Origin: an uncultured Actinomycetes bacterium
Lineage (GTDB): Bacteria > Actinomycetota > Acidimicrobiia > Spongiisociales > DATADW01
DNA: 64,000 nucleotides
Assembly: GCA_963824995.1 (NCBI GenBank)
Contig: CAWGRK010000006.1
Location: 256,273 to 320,272 of the forward strand
Direction: 5' to 3'
Part shown: one piece after another, positions 51,282 through 62,916 of the stretch
Layout: every line of letters starts with the position of its first letter
Numbering within the stretch: the stretch's first letter is position 1
Made by a program: the position numbers and the translations under genes
The notes under the pieces: model-generated
The model's input: the letters and a program-made list of their open reading frames with translations, nothing else
The model's database searches: none
Told to the model about the DNA's origin: nothing

Positions 51282-51474
51282 GGGTGACCGTTCGGTGGGC
51301 GATGGAGGCCCAAGCGCCCCATGACTGGTCATCGGCTCCCGCAGGGGCCTACCTGAGCACGCCGTTGCTCAATGAGGCGGGCGAATCAGGGAGCGCGATG
51401 TCTGAGAACCGTTGAGGTTCGAGGCTCCCTCTACCCGCCGCTCCGCAGCGGGTCCTCCGGGGACGGATTTCTTG

Positions 51475-51499
51475 CTTCCGTCTGCCGTCCGCCGTCCGG
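51475..51499. repeat. Heptamer tandem repeat CTTCCGT-CTGCCGT-CCGCCGT
   Basis: Seen directly after the L,D-transpeptidase stop. Confidence 0.7.
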
Positions 51500-51500
51500 T

Positions 51501-52316
51501 CTATACGTCCCAGGTATGAACTGGGATCCCGATATAGAGCCAGTTCACCAAGCGGTCGGCTTCCCAGTTCGGAACGCGGACGCAGCCGTGCGAAGCAGGG
51601 TATGCGGGAACGCTGTTGGAGCCGTGGATGGCGTATGCCTCGGTGAAGTACCAAGGCTTGTAGAGCCCGCCGAGGTAGTTGAACCGCCAGCCATCGATAC
51701 GCCGGTTGATGTTGAAGTCGCCGCGTGGTGTGTACGCCGCCACGTACTGGCCGCCCGCACCCTCGGAGAAGTAGGTGGCGCCGTTCGCCGTGCTCACCGG
51801 TATGGTCGCGGTGATCCGGCCCTCGCGGATGATGTGGAGGACCTGGCGACCGATGTCCACCTCAACGCGGTCGGGCTCTTCGGAGTGCCGCTCGAGGATC
51901 CCCTCTACCTTCCAGCTGGCCAGAACGTCCCAGTCCTCGCCTCGCCAGTCGAACGTCGGGTCGAGACCCGCCACCTTGTGGTACGCCATCACCGCGTAGG
52001 CGGTCTCGGTGCCGTAGTCGCCATCGACGGCGCCGCGGTAGAGGTTGAGTCGGGTCAGTTCGCCTTGGAGACGCCTCACCCATCGCCCTTTGTCGCCCGA
52101 CTGGAGCGCCGGCGGGCGTAGCGCGACCGCAGGGTCCACTTTGCCCTCGGCGACACGGTCGGCCCCGACCAGCATCGCTACGAAGCGGGGATCGTCGGTA
52201 GCGGGGGGCGCCTCGCCGGGCGCAATGGGACCCGCCGCGAGGCCGGCGAGGAGCAGAATGATGGCGGAAGCGGACAGGATCGCTCCTGGCGGACGGGACA
52301 GCGGCGAGTCTGCCAT
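51501..52316 (-). CDS. L,D-transpeptidase family protein with PG-binding domain
   Basis: VDGDYG..T..AV (PG_binding_1), TPRG, AIHG...ASHGCVR. Confidence 0.9.
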   Translation of the reverse strand: MADSPLSRPPGAILSASAIILLLAGLAAGPIAPGEAPPATDDPRFVAMLVGADRVAEGKVDPAVALRPPALQSGDKGRWVRRLQGELTRLNLYRGAVDGDYGTETAYAVMAYHKVAGLDPTFDWRGEDWDVLASWKVEGILERHSEEPDRVEVDIGRQVLHIIREGRITATIPVSTANGATYFSEGAGGQYVAAYTPRGDFNINRRIDGWRFNYLGGLYKPWYFTEAYAIHGSNSVPAYPASHGCVRVPNWEADRLVNWLYIGIPVHTWDV

Positions 52317-52338
52317 ACGGCCCCGTCGCCGTCACGCA

Positions 52339-53016
52339 TCACCCGCCCGTGGTCACCCTCCGTTGGCGCTGCTTGCGGACGTACAGCCAGCCGACCACAG
52401 CGGCCAGGGCGATTACCACCAAGTAGTCGAGGTAGCGGAGGTAACCACCAATGACCTCGTACTGGGTGCCGAGCAGGTAGCCGGCGCCGACCAGGAGCGA
52501 ATTCCAGATGACACTGCCCAAGGCGGTCAACCCGACAAAACGGAGCAGGGGCATCCGCTGCGCCCCGGCGGGGAGCGAGACCAGGCTGCGCACGATCGGG
52601 ACGAACCGCCCGAAGAACACCACCGAGGGCCCGTGCCGCTCGAACCAGCCAGAGGCGCTCTCCATGTCGGCGAGATCGACCAAGGGGAGCTTGGCCAGCA
52701 TCATCTTGGCGCGAGTCTCGCCAAACCAGGCGCCGAGCGCATAGAGCAACAGGGACCCGAGAATCCCGCCCACGGTCGCCGCCAAGATGACACCGAGAAA
52801 GCTCATCCGCCCACGCTCGGAGAGATAGCCGGCGAGCGACAGGACTATCTCACTCGGGATCGGTGGTATGACCGTCTCGACGAAGGTGAGCAGTCCCACA
52901 CCGACCTCGCCGATCGAGACGATCACGTCGGCGGCGAATCCGGTGAAACCGGTGAGGCCATCATCGAGAGTCTCGGCGGCGCGGGCAAAGAAGGTGAGCA
53001 TGGCAGGAAACATCAT
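52339..53016 (-). CDS. DedA family membrane protein
   Basis: ETVIPPIPSE, FFGRFVPIVRSLVSLPAG. Confidence 0.93.
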   Translation of the reverse strand: MMFPAMLTFFARAAETLDDGLTGFTGFAADVIVSIGEVGVGLLTFVETVIPPIPSEIVLSLAGYLSERGRMSFLGVILAATVGGILGSLLLYALGAWFGETRAKMMLAKLPLVDLADMESASGWFERHGPSVVFFGRFVPIVRSLVSLPAGAQRMPLLRFVGLTALGSVIWNSLLVGAGYLLGTQYEVIGGYLRYLDYLVVIALAAVVGWLYVRKQRQRRVTTGG

Positions 53017-53074
53017 CGGCTCCGCCGGGTGATTACTTCACGCGGCGGAGCCGATTGTAAGCCCGGTGCGGCTG

Positions 53075-53815
53075 TCAGCCCTCGATCGAGAAGACCACGT
53101 TCACCGTCACCTCGACGTCCTGACGGCCAGGCTCGATAGGAGTACGGGCCGCGTCCTGAGCGGCCTCTTCGGCGTACGGGATGGCGGGGGGCGGGGAGGC
53201 GGTCGTCTCCATGATCGAGACCGGGTCGCCAAGCGTCACTCCGGCGAGTTCCGCCAGCTGCTCCGCCTTGGCTGTGGCATCGTCCCAGGCGCTCTCCCGA
53301 GCTTGCTGGATCATGCCGGCGTCGTCCTCGATCACCAGGCTGACGCCGCCCACTTGGCTGGCGTCGCCGCCCGCGGCGGTGGCGGCATCGATGACTGCTC
53401 CACTCTGATCGATGTCGCGTACCGTCACTTGGAGCATGTTGGTCACCCGGTAGCCGACGATGCGCTCGCGCTGTCCGGAGTAGTCGTACTCGGGGTAGAT
53501 CGAGTAGTCGGTGGTCTGGATGTCTTCTTTGGCTACGCCCTGGCCGCGTACCGCGGCGATGACGTCGGTGGCCAACTGCGAAGCCTCGGAGGTGGCCTGA
53601 CCGACCTCTTCTGCGACCACTGATACTCCAAGGTTGACGACCATCACATCGGGGGTGCCACGCGAGGCCCCGGTGCCGGTGACGGCGATCCCCTGCCTCT
53701 GGTCGCTCGCCTCTTCGGTGACCTGCGCCTGAGCGGCGGGGACGCTGCAGGCAGCCAAGGCGAAAAGCGCCAGCGCCAGCGCGGCAAGCATGGGGATTCT
53801 CGGTCTGGTCATCAT
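53075..53815 (-). CDS. SIMPL domain (DUF541) lipoprotein
   Basis: LAAC lipobox, IAVTGTG...PD, DIQT..YSIYP, GYRVTN, AKAEQLA. Confidence 0.9.
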   Translation of the reverse strand: MMTRPRIPMLAALALALFALAACSVPAAQAQVTEEASDQRQGIAVTGTGASRGTPDVMVVNLGVSVVAEEVGQATSEASQLATDVIAAVRGQGVAKEDIQTTDYSIYPEYDYSGQRERIVGYRVTNMLQVTVRDIDQSGAVIDAATAAGGDASQVGGVSLVIEDDAGMIQQARESAWDDATAKAEQLAELAGVTLGDPVSIMETTASPPPAIPYAEEAAQDAARTPIEPGRQDVEVTVNVVFSIEG

Positions 53816-53923
53816 GTCCTCTCTGGTAGGTCGACGATGGCTTGGACGCCGACCGACGTCAGAGAGGTTCCGGGAAAGCGCTATTTGTTGCTGGAGTGCG
53901 TGAGATCAGCCCTCGCCCGACAC

Positions 53924-53958
53924 CTTCCGTCTTCCGTTTTCAGTCTTCCGTCCTCCGA
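53924..53958. repeat. Heptamer tandem repeat (CTTCCGT-like)x5
   Basis: CTTCCGT CTTCCGT TTTCAGT CTTCCGT CCTCCGA. Confidence 0.8.
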
Positions 53959-53966
53959 CTTGCCTT

Positions 53967-55025
53967 TCAAACCTCCTGGAAGAGGTAGGGGCGAAGGACG
54001 TCCATCCGGTCGTCCACTTCGTCCGGGTGGAGATACCAGAGCATCGCCGCCACCGTGGAAAGCAATGGGTTGCCGTCCTGGGGGGTGAAGCAGAAGCCGA
54101 CGAGTTCGTTGCCGTTGCGGACCGCCAGCGTCTCGAGCGCCACGACGGTCTGGCTGAGTATCCGCCCGAAATAGCCGTGGTCGCGCCCGAAGGAGAACAC
54201 CGCATTGGCCGAGGACTTGTAGGTGACCGCCACCCGTTTGTTGGCGAACAACCGCTCCTTTGCCTCGTCCAGCGTCATCTCGCGGTCGAGGGCAAGACTG
54301 AAATGGATGGCGTGCATGTACTGGGTGTTGAGCTTCAGAGCACTCGAATAGAGGTCTAGATCGTGCCCCATGGTGGCGAACAGTTCGTGTGCGTCCCGGG
54401 CATGATGGGTTCCGAACCGCTGGTCCTTGTGGCGTTCCACCGATGGACTGGGGGCGAACCCGGTGTCCTGGCTGATGTCGTTGGAGCGGCGTATGCAGAG
54501 GAAGCGGCCGTCGACGAGGTGGTTGGTCCCGTCCTCGTCCATCCCGAGTGTCTTGACCAGCACGGCGATGTTGTGGGTATTGCAGGAGACGATCTGGACG
54601 AAGCGGTCCTCGCCGTGCACCAGTGCCTCGTCGTTTATCCCCCTGGCGTACATCTTGCCGAAACCGAATTCCGAGCCCTGGGCCATGAACCCCATCGGCC
54701 CAGTCGCAGCCTCGTAGAACTCGGTCTTGTTCTCGTTCCCCACCGGGGTGCAGTCGATGACGACCTTGGCCCTCTCGATCGCCTCCCGCGACTCCCACTT
54801 TGGTGCGTGGCCCAACTCCTCGAAGGTCGCCCGCTTGTCGTCGTCTACCACCAGCGCCGCTCCCCGCCGGACCAGGTCGTTGACCTTCCCCCTCTCGGTG
54901 ATCAGCGGCGTCCGCTTGTGGAACGTCACCTCGTCGATCCCGAAAGCCTCGCGGTCGTCGGCGAGAAGCCCGATGAGCGGCTCCCCGATGGTGCCGGTCC
55001 CGACGATGTGGACGATGTTGGACAT
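53967..55025 (-). CDS. Divergent archaeal-type (class II) GAPDH-like dehydrogenase
   Basis: VGTGTIG, VIDCTP, AQGSE, IVSCNT (catalytic Cys), RRSND, THHARD, YMH in the order of archaeal GAPDH motifs. Confidence 0.8.
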   Translation of the reverse strand: MSNIVHIVGTGTIGEPLIGLLADDREAFGIDEVTFHKRTPLITERGKVNDLVRRGAALVVDDDKRATFEELGHAPKWESREAIERAKVVIDCTPVGNENKTEFYEAATGPMGFMAQGSEFGFGKMYARGINDEALVHGEDRFVQIVSCNTHNIAVLVKTLGMDEDGTNHLVDGRFLCIRRSNDISQDTGFAPSPSVERHKDQRFGTHHARDAHELFATMGHDLDLYSSALKLNTQYMHAIHFSLALDREMTLDEAKERLFANKRVAVTYKSSANAVFSFGRDHGYFGRILSQTVVALETLAVRNGNELVGFCFTPQDGNPLLSTVAAMLWYLHPDEVDDRMDVLRPYLFQEV

Positions 55026-55047
55026 GGGCTCCTCGCTTCGCTCGGAG

Positions 55048-55078
55048 GGTACCTAGTACTCAGTACTCAGTACTCAGA
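55048..55078. repeat. Heptamer tandem repeat (AGTACTC)3
   Basis: GGTACCT AGTACTC AGTACTC AGTACTC AGA, between aceA and the GAPDH-like gene. Confidence 0.8.
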
Positions 55079-55085
55079 CAGATCG

Positions 55086-56361
55086 TCAGAATTGCTCCTC
55101 TTCGGTGGACCCGGCCAGGGCGAGGGTCGACGCTTTGCCGGTGGCGATCACGGTCGCCACCTGGTCGAAGTAGCCGGCCCCGACCTCCCTCTGGTGCCGG
55201 GTGGCGGTGTACCCGGCTGGTTCGAGGGCAAACTCCCACTCCTGGAGCCGCACATACGCCGGCATCCCGTCGCGGCTGTACCCACTGGCCAGGTCGAACA
55301 TCGAGGCGTTGATGGCGTGGAAGCCGGCGAGCGTGATGAACTGGAATTTGTACCCCATGCGCGCCCAATTCCTTCTGGAAACGTGCGATCTCGTCATCGT
55401 CCAGATGCCGCCGCCAGTTGAACGACGGCGAGCAGTTGTAGGCGAGCATCTTGTCGGGGAAGCGCTGGTGTACGGCCTCGGCGAACGTCGCCGCCTCCTC
55501 GAGATCGGGGTGTGAAGTCTCGCACCACAGCAGGTCGGCGTAGGGGGCGTATGCCAGACCGCGGGCGATGGCCTGGTCGAGACCCGCCCTGACCTCGAAG
55601 AAGCCCTCGTCGGTTCGAGCGCCGGTGCAGAACGGGCGGTCTGCCGGATCGATGTCGCTGGTCAGCAGGTTGGCCGAGTTGGCGTCGGTGCGGGCGACGA
55701 TCAGGGTCGGCACCCCGCTGACATCGGCGGCCAGCCGGGCGGCGGTCAGCGCCCTGACGTGCTGGGCGGTAGGCACCAGGACCTTGCCCCCCATGTGCCC
55801 GCACTTCTTCTCCGAGGAGAGCTGATCCTCGAAGTGCACCCCGGCAGCCCCCGCCTCGATGAACGACTTGGTCAACTCGAAGACGTTGAGCGCTCCACCG
55901 AAGCCGGCCTCGCCATCGGCAACGATGGGGACCATCCAGTCGGTGGAGTGGTCACCCTCGGCCCAGTGGACCTGGTCGGCCCGGCGCAGTGCATTGACTA
56001 TCCGCCGCACGAGGGCAGGAGCGGAGTTGGCCGGGTAGAGGCTCTGGTCGGGGTAGACCTGGTCGGCGAGGTTGGCGTCGCCCGCCACCTGCCAACCGGA
56101 GAGGTAGATCGCCTCGAGCCCGGCTTTGACCATCTGCACCGCCTGGCCTCCGCTCATGGCGCCGAGGGCGTGGACGTAGTCGCGGGTGGTGAGCAGTTCC
56201 CACAGCTTCTCAGCCATTAGACGGCTGATGGTGTGGTCCTCGACGAACGACCCGCGCAGCCGGATGACGTCGGCTGCCGAATAGTCGCGGGTGACTCCCT
56301 CCCAGCGGGGGTTGGCGCCCCACTCGCTTTCGAGCCGAGCCGCATCTTGCTCCTGGGTCAT
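55086..56361 (-). CDS. aceA: Isocitrate lyase (frameshift near 55360)
   Basis: [29 protein letters not shown]-term [10 protein letters not shown]...HQREVG in ORF 55086..55397. Confidence 0.96.
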
Positions 56362-56371
56362 CGCTTCTCCT

Positions 56372-57949
<1,578 letters not shown>

Positions 57950-58035
57950 GAGAGGACGGTAGTGAAAAGTTCCGCTTTCGTCTATCCTAATCCCTAGTCT
58001 TCGGCAGAAGTTGTGCTGATCTTCACAGGAGGTGC

Positions 58036-59475
58036 TTGGTGGAGTTGCCGGCCGACCGGTTGGTCTTCGGACAGAGGATCCGCCATCTGAGACGCACCCG
58101 CGACCTGACGTTGGAGCAGTTGGGTAGACGGCTGGGTCGTCCGGCGTCCTTTCTCTCGATGGTCGAGAACGGGAAGCGCCGGGTGAAGCCGGAGACGGTA
58201 TCTGCTCTGGCGGAGGCGCTCGACGTCGATCGGGCCGTCCTCCTCGAGGAGTCACCTCCGAGTCGGCGGGCCGAGCTCGAGATCGAGGTGGAGCGGATCC
58301 AGCAGGAACCCCTCTACCAATCGCTCGGGCTCCCTTATCTCAAACCGGGGGTCAGGGTCCCCGACGATGCGATGACACATCTGGTGGCTCTCTATCGGGC
58401 GCTCCAGGAACGGATCCGGGTGCGCCCCGAGACTCAGGAGGAGGTCAGAGTGGCCGCGGCCACGATGCTGGCCGATGCGAGAGTCCGCGACGGCTATCTG
58501 GCCGAGGTGGAGGCGGTCGCAGCCAATGCCCTCTCCTCTTCCGGTTATCCGGGGAGTGGTGCCATCTCGCCCCGTCACCTCAAGGAGCTTGCAGCCTTTT
58601 TCGGGTTCGGGGTCAAACTCGTCGCCGACCTCCCGCGGTCGGTGCGCTCGGTGGTGGACATGACAAACGGGCGTCTCTTCATACCGCAGCGCGACGCGCT
58701 CCGCACCCGCGCCGCCCGCTCCGTGGTGCTGCAGACGCTGGGACACGTCGCCCTCGGCCACGAAAGTCCCACCGACTTCGCCGCCTTTCTGAGACAGAGG
58801 ATGGAGTGCAGCTATTTCGCCGCCGCGGCGCTGATCCCAGAGAGCGCCGCTGTGCCCTTCCTGGAAGATGCCCGCAGTCGCCGAGACCTCGCCGTCGAGG
58901 ACCTCAAGGAGGTCTTCTACGTTTCATATGAGACCGCGGCGCGCCGTTTCACCAACCTCGCCACCCACCATCTCGGCTTACCGACCCACTTCATCAACGC
59001 CGACGAGGACGGCCTCATCTGGAAGGGGTACGAGAACGACGGATTCCCCTTCGTCCACGATGCGTACGGCGGCGTGGAGGGACAGCGTGCGTGCCGGCAT
59101 TGGGGAGCGCGGGAGGTCTTCGGCTCGGAGGAGAAATTCGGCGGGCACTTCCAGTACACCGACACCCCGGCGGGCACCTTCTGGTGCTCGACGCACATTC
59201 CCGCCGACCGCACTCCCCACCAGGGGATCACCCTGGGCACCGACTTCGACCATGCCCGCTTCTTCAGGGGACGTGAGACCGATAGACACACCCGCTCGGG
59301 CTGCCCCGAGCCGGGCTGTTGCATGACGCTCGCCACCGAATTGACCGAGCGATGGGCGGGCCGTGTCTGGGCATCATCTCGGGCGCAGAGCAATGTGGTC
59401 ACCGCCCTCACCGCCTCTCCCATCCCCCAGATCGAGATGGCGGAGATCTACGAGTTCGTCGAGCGCCACCCCTGA
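58036..59475 (+). CDS. RamB/PrpR-like XRE-family transcriptional regulator
   Basis: N-term HTH (SMVENGKR), central IrrE-like region, GQRACRHW, C-term CPEPGCC; divergent from aceB. Confidence 0.88.
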   Translation: MVELPADRLVFGQRIRHLRRTRDLTLEQLGRRLGRPASFLSMVENGKRRVKPETVSALAEALDVDRAVLLEESPPSRRAELEIEVERIQQEPLYQSLGLPYLKPGVRVPDDAMTHLVALYRALQERIRVRPETQEEVRVAAATMLADARVRDGYLAEVEAVAANALSSSGYPGSGAISPRHLKELAAFFGFGVKLVADLPRSVRSVVDMTNGRLFIPQRDALRTRAARSVVLQTLGHVALGHESPTDFAAFLRQRMECSYFAAAALIPESAAVPFLEDARSRRDLAVEDLKEVFYVSYETAARRFTNLATHHLGLPTHFINADEDGLIWKGYENDGFPFVHDAYGGVEGQRACRHWGAREVFGSEEKFGGHFQYTDTPAGTFWCSTHIPADRTPHQGITLGTDFDHARFFRGRETDRHTRSGCPEPGCCMTLATELTERWAGRVWASSRAQSNVVTALTASPIPQIEMAEIYEFVERHP

Positions 59476-59485
59476 GCACGCGGCC

Positions 59486-59674
59486 TCACTCCGGCGGCAT
59501 TGCCACCCAGAGGACGACGTAGATGAGGATTTGGGGACCGGGGAGGAACATGGAGAGTATGAAGGCGACCCTCACCAATGTCGGATCCCACCCGAACCGC
59601 TGCGCCAGACCGGCGCAAACCCCGGCGATCACCCGGCCCTGGCGAGGACGTACCAACGGTGCTGCATCGGCCAT
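59486..59674 (-). CDS. PspC domain protein
   Basis: GRVIAGVCAGLAQRFGWDPTLVR...YVVLW. Confidence 0.92.
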   Translation of the reverse strand: MADAAPLVRPRQGRVIAGVCAGLAQRFGWDPTLVRVAFILSMFLPGPQILIYVVLWVAMPPE

Positions 59675-59735
59675 GGATTCGGAGGATAGAGGGTGTCACA
59701 CTGGTTGCGGTAGGGTGCCACCAGGTGAGGTTTAG

Positions 59736-60221
59736 GTGAGCCGAGTCGAGGAGACAGCCCTCCCCGGAGTGGGGAAGCGGTTCGAGCTGGCAACCGAGTC
59801 CGGGCATCGGATCGGCGTGATCCGGCACCGTACCGGCCGGCGCGAGCTTTACGTGACCGATGACGAAGACGCCGACCTCTGCCGCGCCTCGGTCCAACTC
59901 GACGAGGATGAGAGCAACGCCCTGGCAGACATCCTCGGCGGGTCGCAACTAGTTCGCGAACTCGAGAGTCTCCACCAAGACGTCGAAGGGCTGGCGATCG
60001 ACTGGCTTCATCTCGAACCGGTGTCCCCGTACGCCGGGAGGACGATCGGCGACGCCCGGATCCGGACCCGCACCGGGGTATCGGTGGTGGCGGTGATCCG
60101 CGATGGAACGGCGTTCCCGGCGCCGGCACCCGACTTCACGCTCGAAGCGGACGACACAATGCTCGTGGTGGGGACCGTCGCCGGCATCGAAAAGGTCAAC
60201 GAGATCATCGCCACCGGCTGA
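59736..60221 (+). CDS. KhtT-like cation:proton antiporter regulatory subunit (RCK-C)
   Basis: ETALPGVG, RTRTGVSVVAVIR, PAPDF. Confidence 0.9.
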   Translation: MSRVEETALPGVGKRFELATESGHRIGVIRHRTGRRELYVTDDEDADLCRASVQLDEDESNALADILGGSQLVRELESLHQDVEGLAIDWLHLEPVSPYAGRTIGDARIRTRTGVSVVAVIRDGTAFPAPAPDFTLEADDTMLVVGTVAGIEKVNEIIATG

Positions 60222-60224
60222 GCG

Positions 60225-61412
60225 GTGCCCCATCTCGCCCGCCTGCTTATAGAGCTCGGCGGGGTCACGCTCGCCCTCGCCCTGCTCGCCCGGCTCGGAT
60301 CTCGCATTGGTCTGTCACCGATCCCTCTCTATCTGATCGCCGGGCTCGCGGTCGGTGAGGGAGGCATCGTCCCGCTGGTCACGTCGGAGGAGTTCATCGA
60401 GATAGGTGCCGAGATCGGTGTGGTCCTCCTCCTCTTCATGCTGGGGCTGGAGTACTCGGCCGAGGAGCTCGTGGGGAACCTGCGCTCGGTGGCGCCTTCC
60501 GGGCTGATCGATCTCGCCCTCTGCTTCCCGCCCGGTTTCATCGCCGGGCTGTTACTCGGATGGGGGATCATCCCGGCGGTGCTCCTCGGGGGCATCACGT
60601 ACATCTCCTCATCGGGGATGGTGGCCAAACTCCTCACCGACCTGGGCTGGCTGGGGAACCGGGAGACCCCGACCGTGCTGTCCGTTCTGGTGTTCGAGGA
60701 TCTCGTGATGGCGGTGTTCCTCCCGGTCGTGGCAGTGCTCACCGTGGGGGGAGATGCCCTCGGGATCGTCGGGTCGGTAGCCCTGGCGCTCGGATTGGTG
60801 GCGGCGGTGCTCTTCATCGCCTACCGGGCGAGCGCCCGGCTCAGCGACCTCGCCTTCCATCACAACGACGAGGCCCTGTTGCTCACCGTATTTGGGATCA
60901 CCCTGCTTGTCGCCGGCCTGGCTCAGTTGATCAACCTGTCGTCGGCGGTCGGAGCCTTCCTGGTGGGCATCGTCCTCTCCGGCCCTGCAGCTGACAAGGT
61001 GCGACCGATGCTCATCCCTCTGCAGAATCTCTTCGCTGCGGTGTTCTTCGTCTTCTTCGGTCTGCAGACCGACCCGGCGGCGATACCACCCGTGTTGCTA
61101 CCGGCTCTCGCTCTGGCGGTCGTGGTGGGTTTGGCCAAGTGGTTCAGCGGGCGGACGGCGGCGAGACGGGCGGGCGTGGCGGCGCGTGGTCAGAACAGGG
61201 CGGGGGTTTTGCTCATCGCTCACGGCGAGTTCTCCCTGGTCATCGCCGCCCTCGCATCGGGGACTGCGGTGGCCGCCGACCTGAGCGCCCTCACCGCCGC
61301 TTTCGTGATGCTGCTCGCTGTCGTCGGCCCGATCCTCGCTCAGATGGCTGGCCGCCCACCGCGGACCCGGTCTAGAACCGAGCCGGCATCGGTCCGGGAG
61401 GCGGCGATCTGA
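60225..61412 (+). CDS. CPA2 cation:proton antiporter (KhtU-like)
   Basis: LLLFMLGLE, ISSSG..AK, LVFEDL, GEFSLVIA. Confidence 0.92.
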   Translation: MPHLARLLIELGGVTLALALLARLGSRIGLSPIPLYLIAGLAVGEGGIVPLVTSEEFIEIGAEIGVVLLLFMLGLEYSAEELVGNLRSVAPSGLIDLALCFPPGFIAGLLLGWGIIPAVLLGGITYISSSGMVAKLLTDLGWLGNRETPTVLSVLVFEDLVMAVFLPVVAVLTVGGDALGIVGSVALALGLVAAVLFIAYRASARLSDLAFHHNDEALLLTVFGITLLVAGLAQLINLSSAVGAFLVGIVLSGPAADKVRPMLIPLQNLFAAVFFVFFGLQTDPAAIPPVLLPALALAVVVGLAKWFSGRTAARRAGVAARGQNRAGVLLIAHGEFSLVIAALASGTAVAADLSALTAAFVMLLAVVGPILAQMAGRPPRTRSRTEPASVREAAI

Positions 61413-61435
61413 ACCGCGGTATGCACCGGCGGGGG

Positions 61436-61703
61436 TCAAACGTCGCCTCCGCTTACTGCTCGCCCCATTCCTCGGCATCGTCCCAGAACGAGTCGAGCCG
61501 CTCGGGTTGTCGCTCGTAGGCGGCACGGTCGGCCCGGGCAAGTGCGGCACGGAAGGCGTCGGCTGCTCATGACGTCCCTCCCACAGGGTCGATCAACCGA
61601 TGACCTCAACCGCACAACGAAATCCCTGGAGCGCGGGCGAGGCGAGTGTCGGAAGTGACCAGGGGGCCTCGAGGCGCTCAGCCAATGCAACGTAGGCGGC
61701 CTT
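61436..61703 (-). pseudogene. Toxin-antitoxin remnants (VapC/PIN C-term; antitoxin-like C-term; MazF-like N-term)
   Basis: AAYVALAERLEAP/LVTSDTRLARAPGI/RCAVEVIG* (61703-61593); ADRAAYERQPE..FWDDAEEWGEQ*; VSGGDV*. Confidence 0.6.
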
Positions 61704-61705
61704 GA

Positions 61706-62915
61706 TCACCCAGCCAGGAACAGAGCCGGCTCCTCCAGGTTCTCGGTCAATTGGGCCATGAAGCGGCGGCCGAGACCGCCATCGATCACCCGGTGGTCGT
61801 AGGACAGAGACAACGGGATCATCGGCGCCACCGTCACCGTGCCATCCCGGACCACGGGCTGGTCCTGGGCCCGCCCGATAGAGAGGATGGCGGTGGTCCC
61901 GTAGGGGATGATCGGGGTGCCGAACCCTCCGCCGACGGCGCCGATGTTGGAGATGCTGAAGGTCTGCCCGGTCAGCTCGTCGGGACGGAGGGTGCGCGCC
62001 TTGGCCCCCTCGGCGAGCCGGGAGACTTCACCCGCAAGCTCGAGCAGCCCCAGCTTGTCGGCGTCGGGACAGCGAGCCACTACCAGCCCCTCTGGAGTGT
62101 CCACGGCGAACCCGAGGTCGTAGCGACGGTGGAGGATCAACTCATCGTCCTCCAAGGTTGCGTTGAACTCGGGAAACGAAGCCAGGACGGGTATCACGGC
62201 TTTGGCCACCAGCGCCTCGATCGGCAAGGACCGCTGGTGCCTCTCGGCCAGCGCCCGCCGTGCCGCCAGCAGCCTGCCGGCGTCCACCTGGTCGAACGTG
62301 GTGACGTGGGGGATCTCCCGCCACGACTGGGTCATCCGCTCGGCGATGGTGCGGCGCAGCTTGCTCAACCTGACCCGCTCGTCGCCGTCTTGCCTCGCAG
62401 CGCCGTCCGGCTGAGAGGCAGCCACCACATCGTCGCGGGTCACTCTCCCCCCTGGCCCGCTGCCGGCGACGCCGGCCAGATCCACCCCCAATTCCCGGGC
62501 CAGTTTTCTGACAAGGGGCAGCGCCTGGGGACGCGACGGTTCGGCTGAGCCTGATGGACCCAGCACCTCGGCCTCCTCGGAAATGCTGCCCACGATCGGC
62601 GCTATCGGCGTAGTGGCAGGCTCGTTCGCCTGGCGTATCCGACGGTTCGCTTGCCGCGTCTTCGTCCCAGGTCTCCCCCGGTTCTCCGATCACCGCCAGC
62701 ACAGCACCGACCTCCAGAACCCCGCCGACCGGGGCACCGTGGTGGAGGACGATCCCCTTCCGTGGTGACGGGATCTCCACCACCGCCTTGTCGGTCTCGA
62801 CCTCGACCAGTGGCTGATCCAGGTCAACCTCGGACCCGACTTCGATCAGCCACCGCACCACCTCGGCCTCGGTGAGCCCCTCGCCGATATCGGGCAGCCG
62901 GAACTCGTACGCCAA
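61706..62915 (-). CDS. Dihydrolipoamide acyltransferase E2 (frameshift near 62630)
   Basis: Lipoyl domain EVETDKA, E3-binding GSGPGGRV, catalytic SYDHRVIDG. Confidence 0.93.
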
Positions 62916-62916
62916 G

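Noticed and set aside
53967..55025. ORF as aspartate-semialdehyde dehydrogenase or bacterial GapA
   Set aside because: Lacks the Asd PNC and GapA ASCTTNC signatures; has VSCNT/VIDCTP of the archaeal class II family
47461..55078. Short repeat arrays as CRISPR
   Set aside because: Contiguous 7-bp units without spacers, and no cas genes in the window
59736..61412. KhtT/KhtU-like pair as a novel system
   Set aside because: Well-known RCK-C plus CPA2 potassium/proton antiporter arrangement
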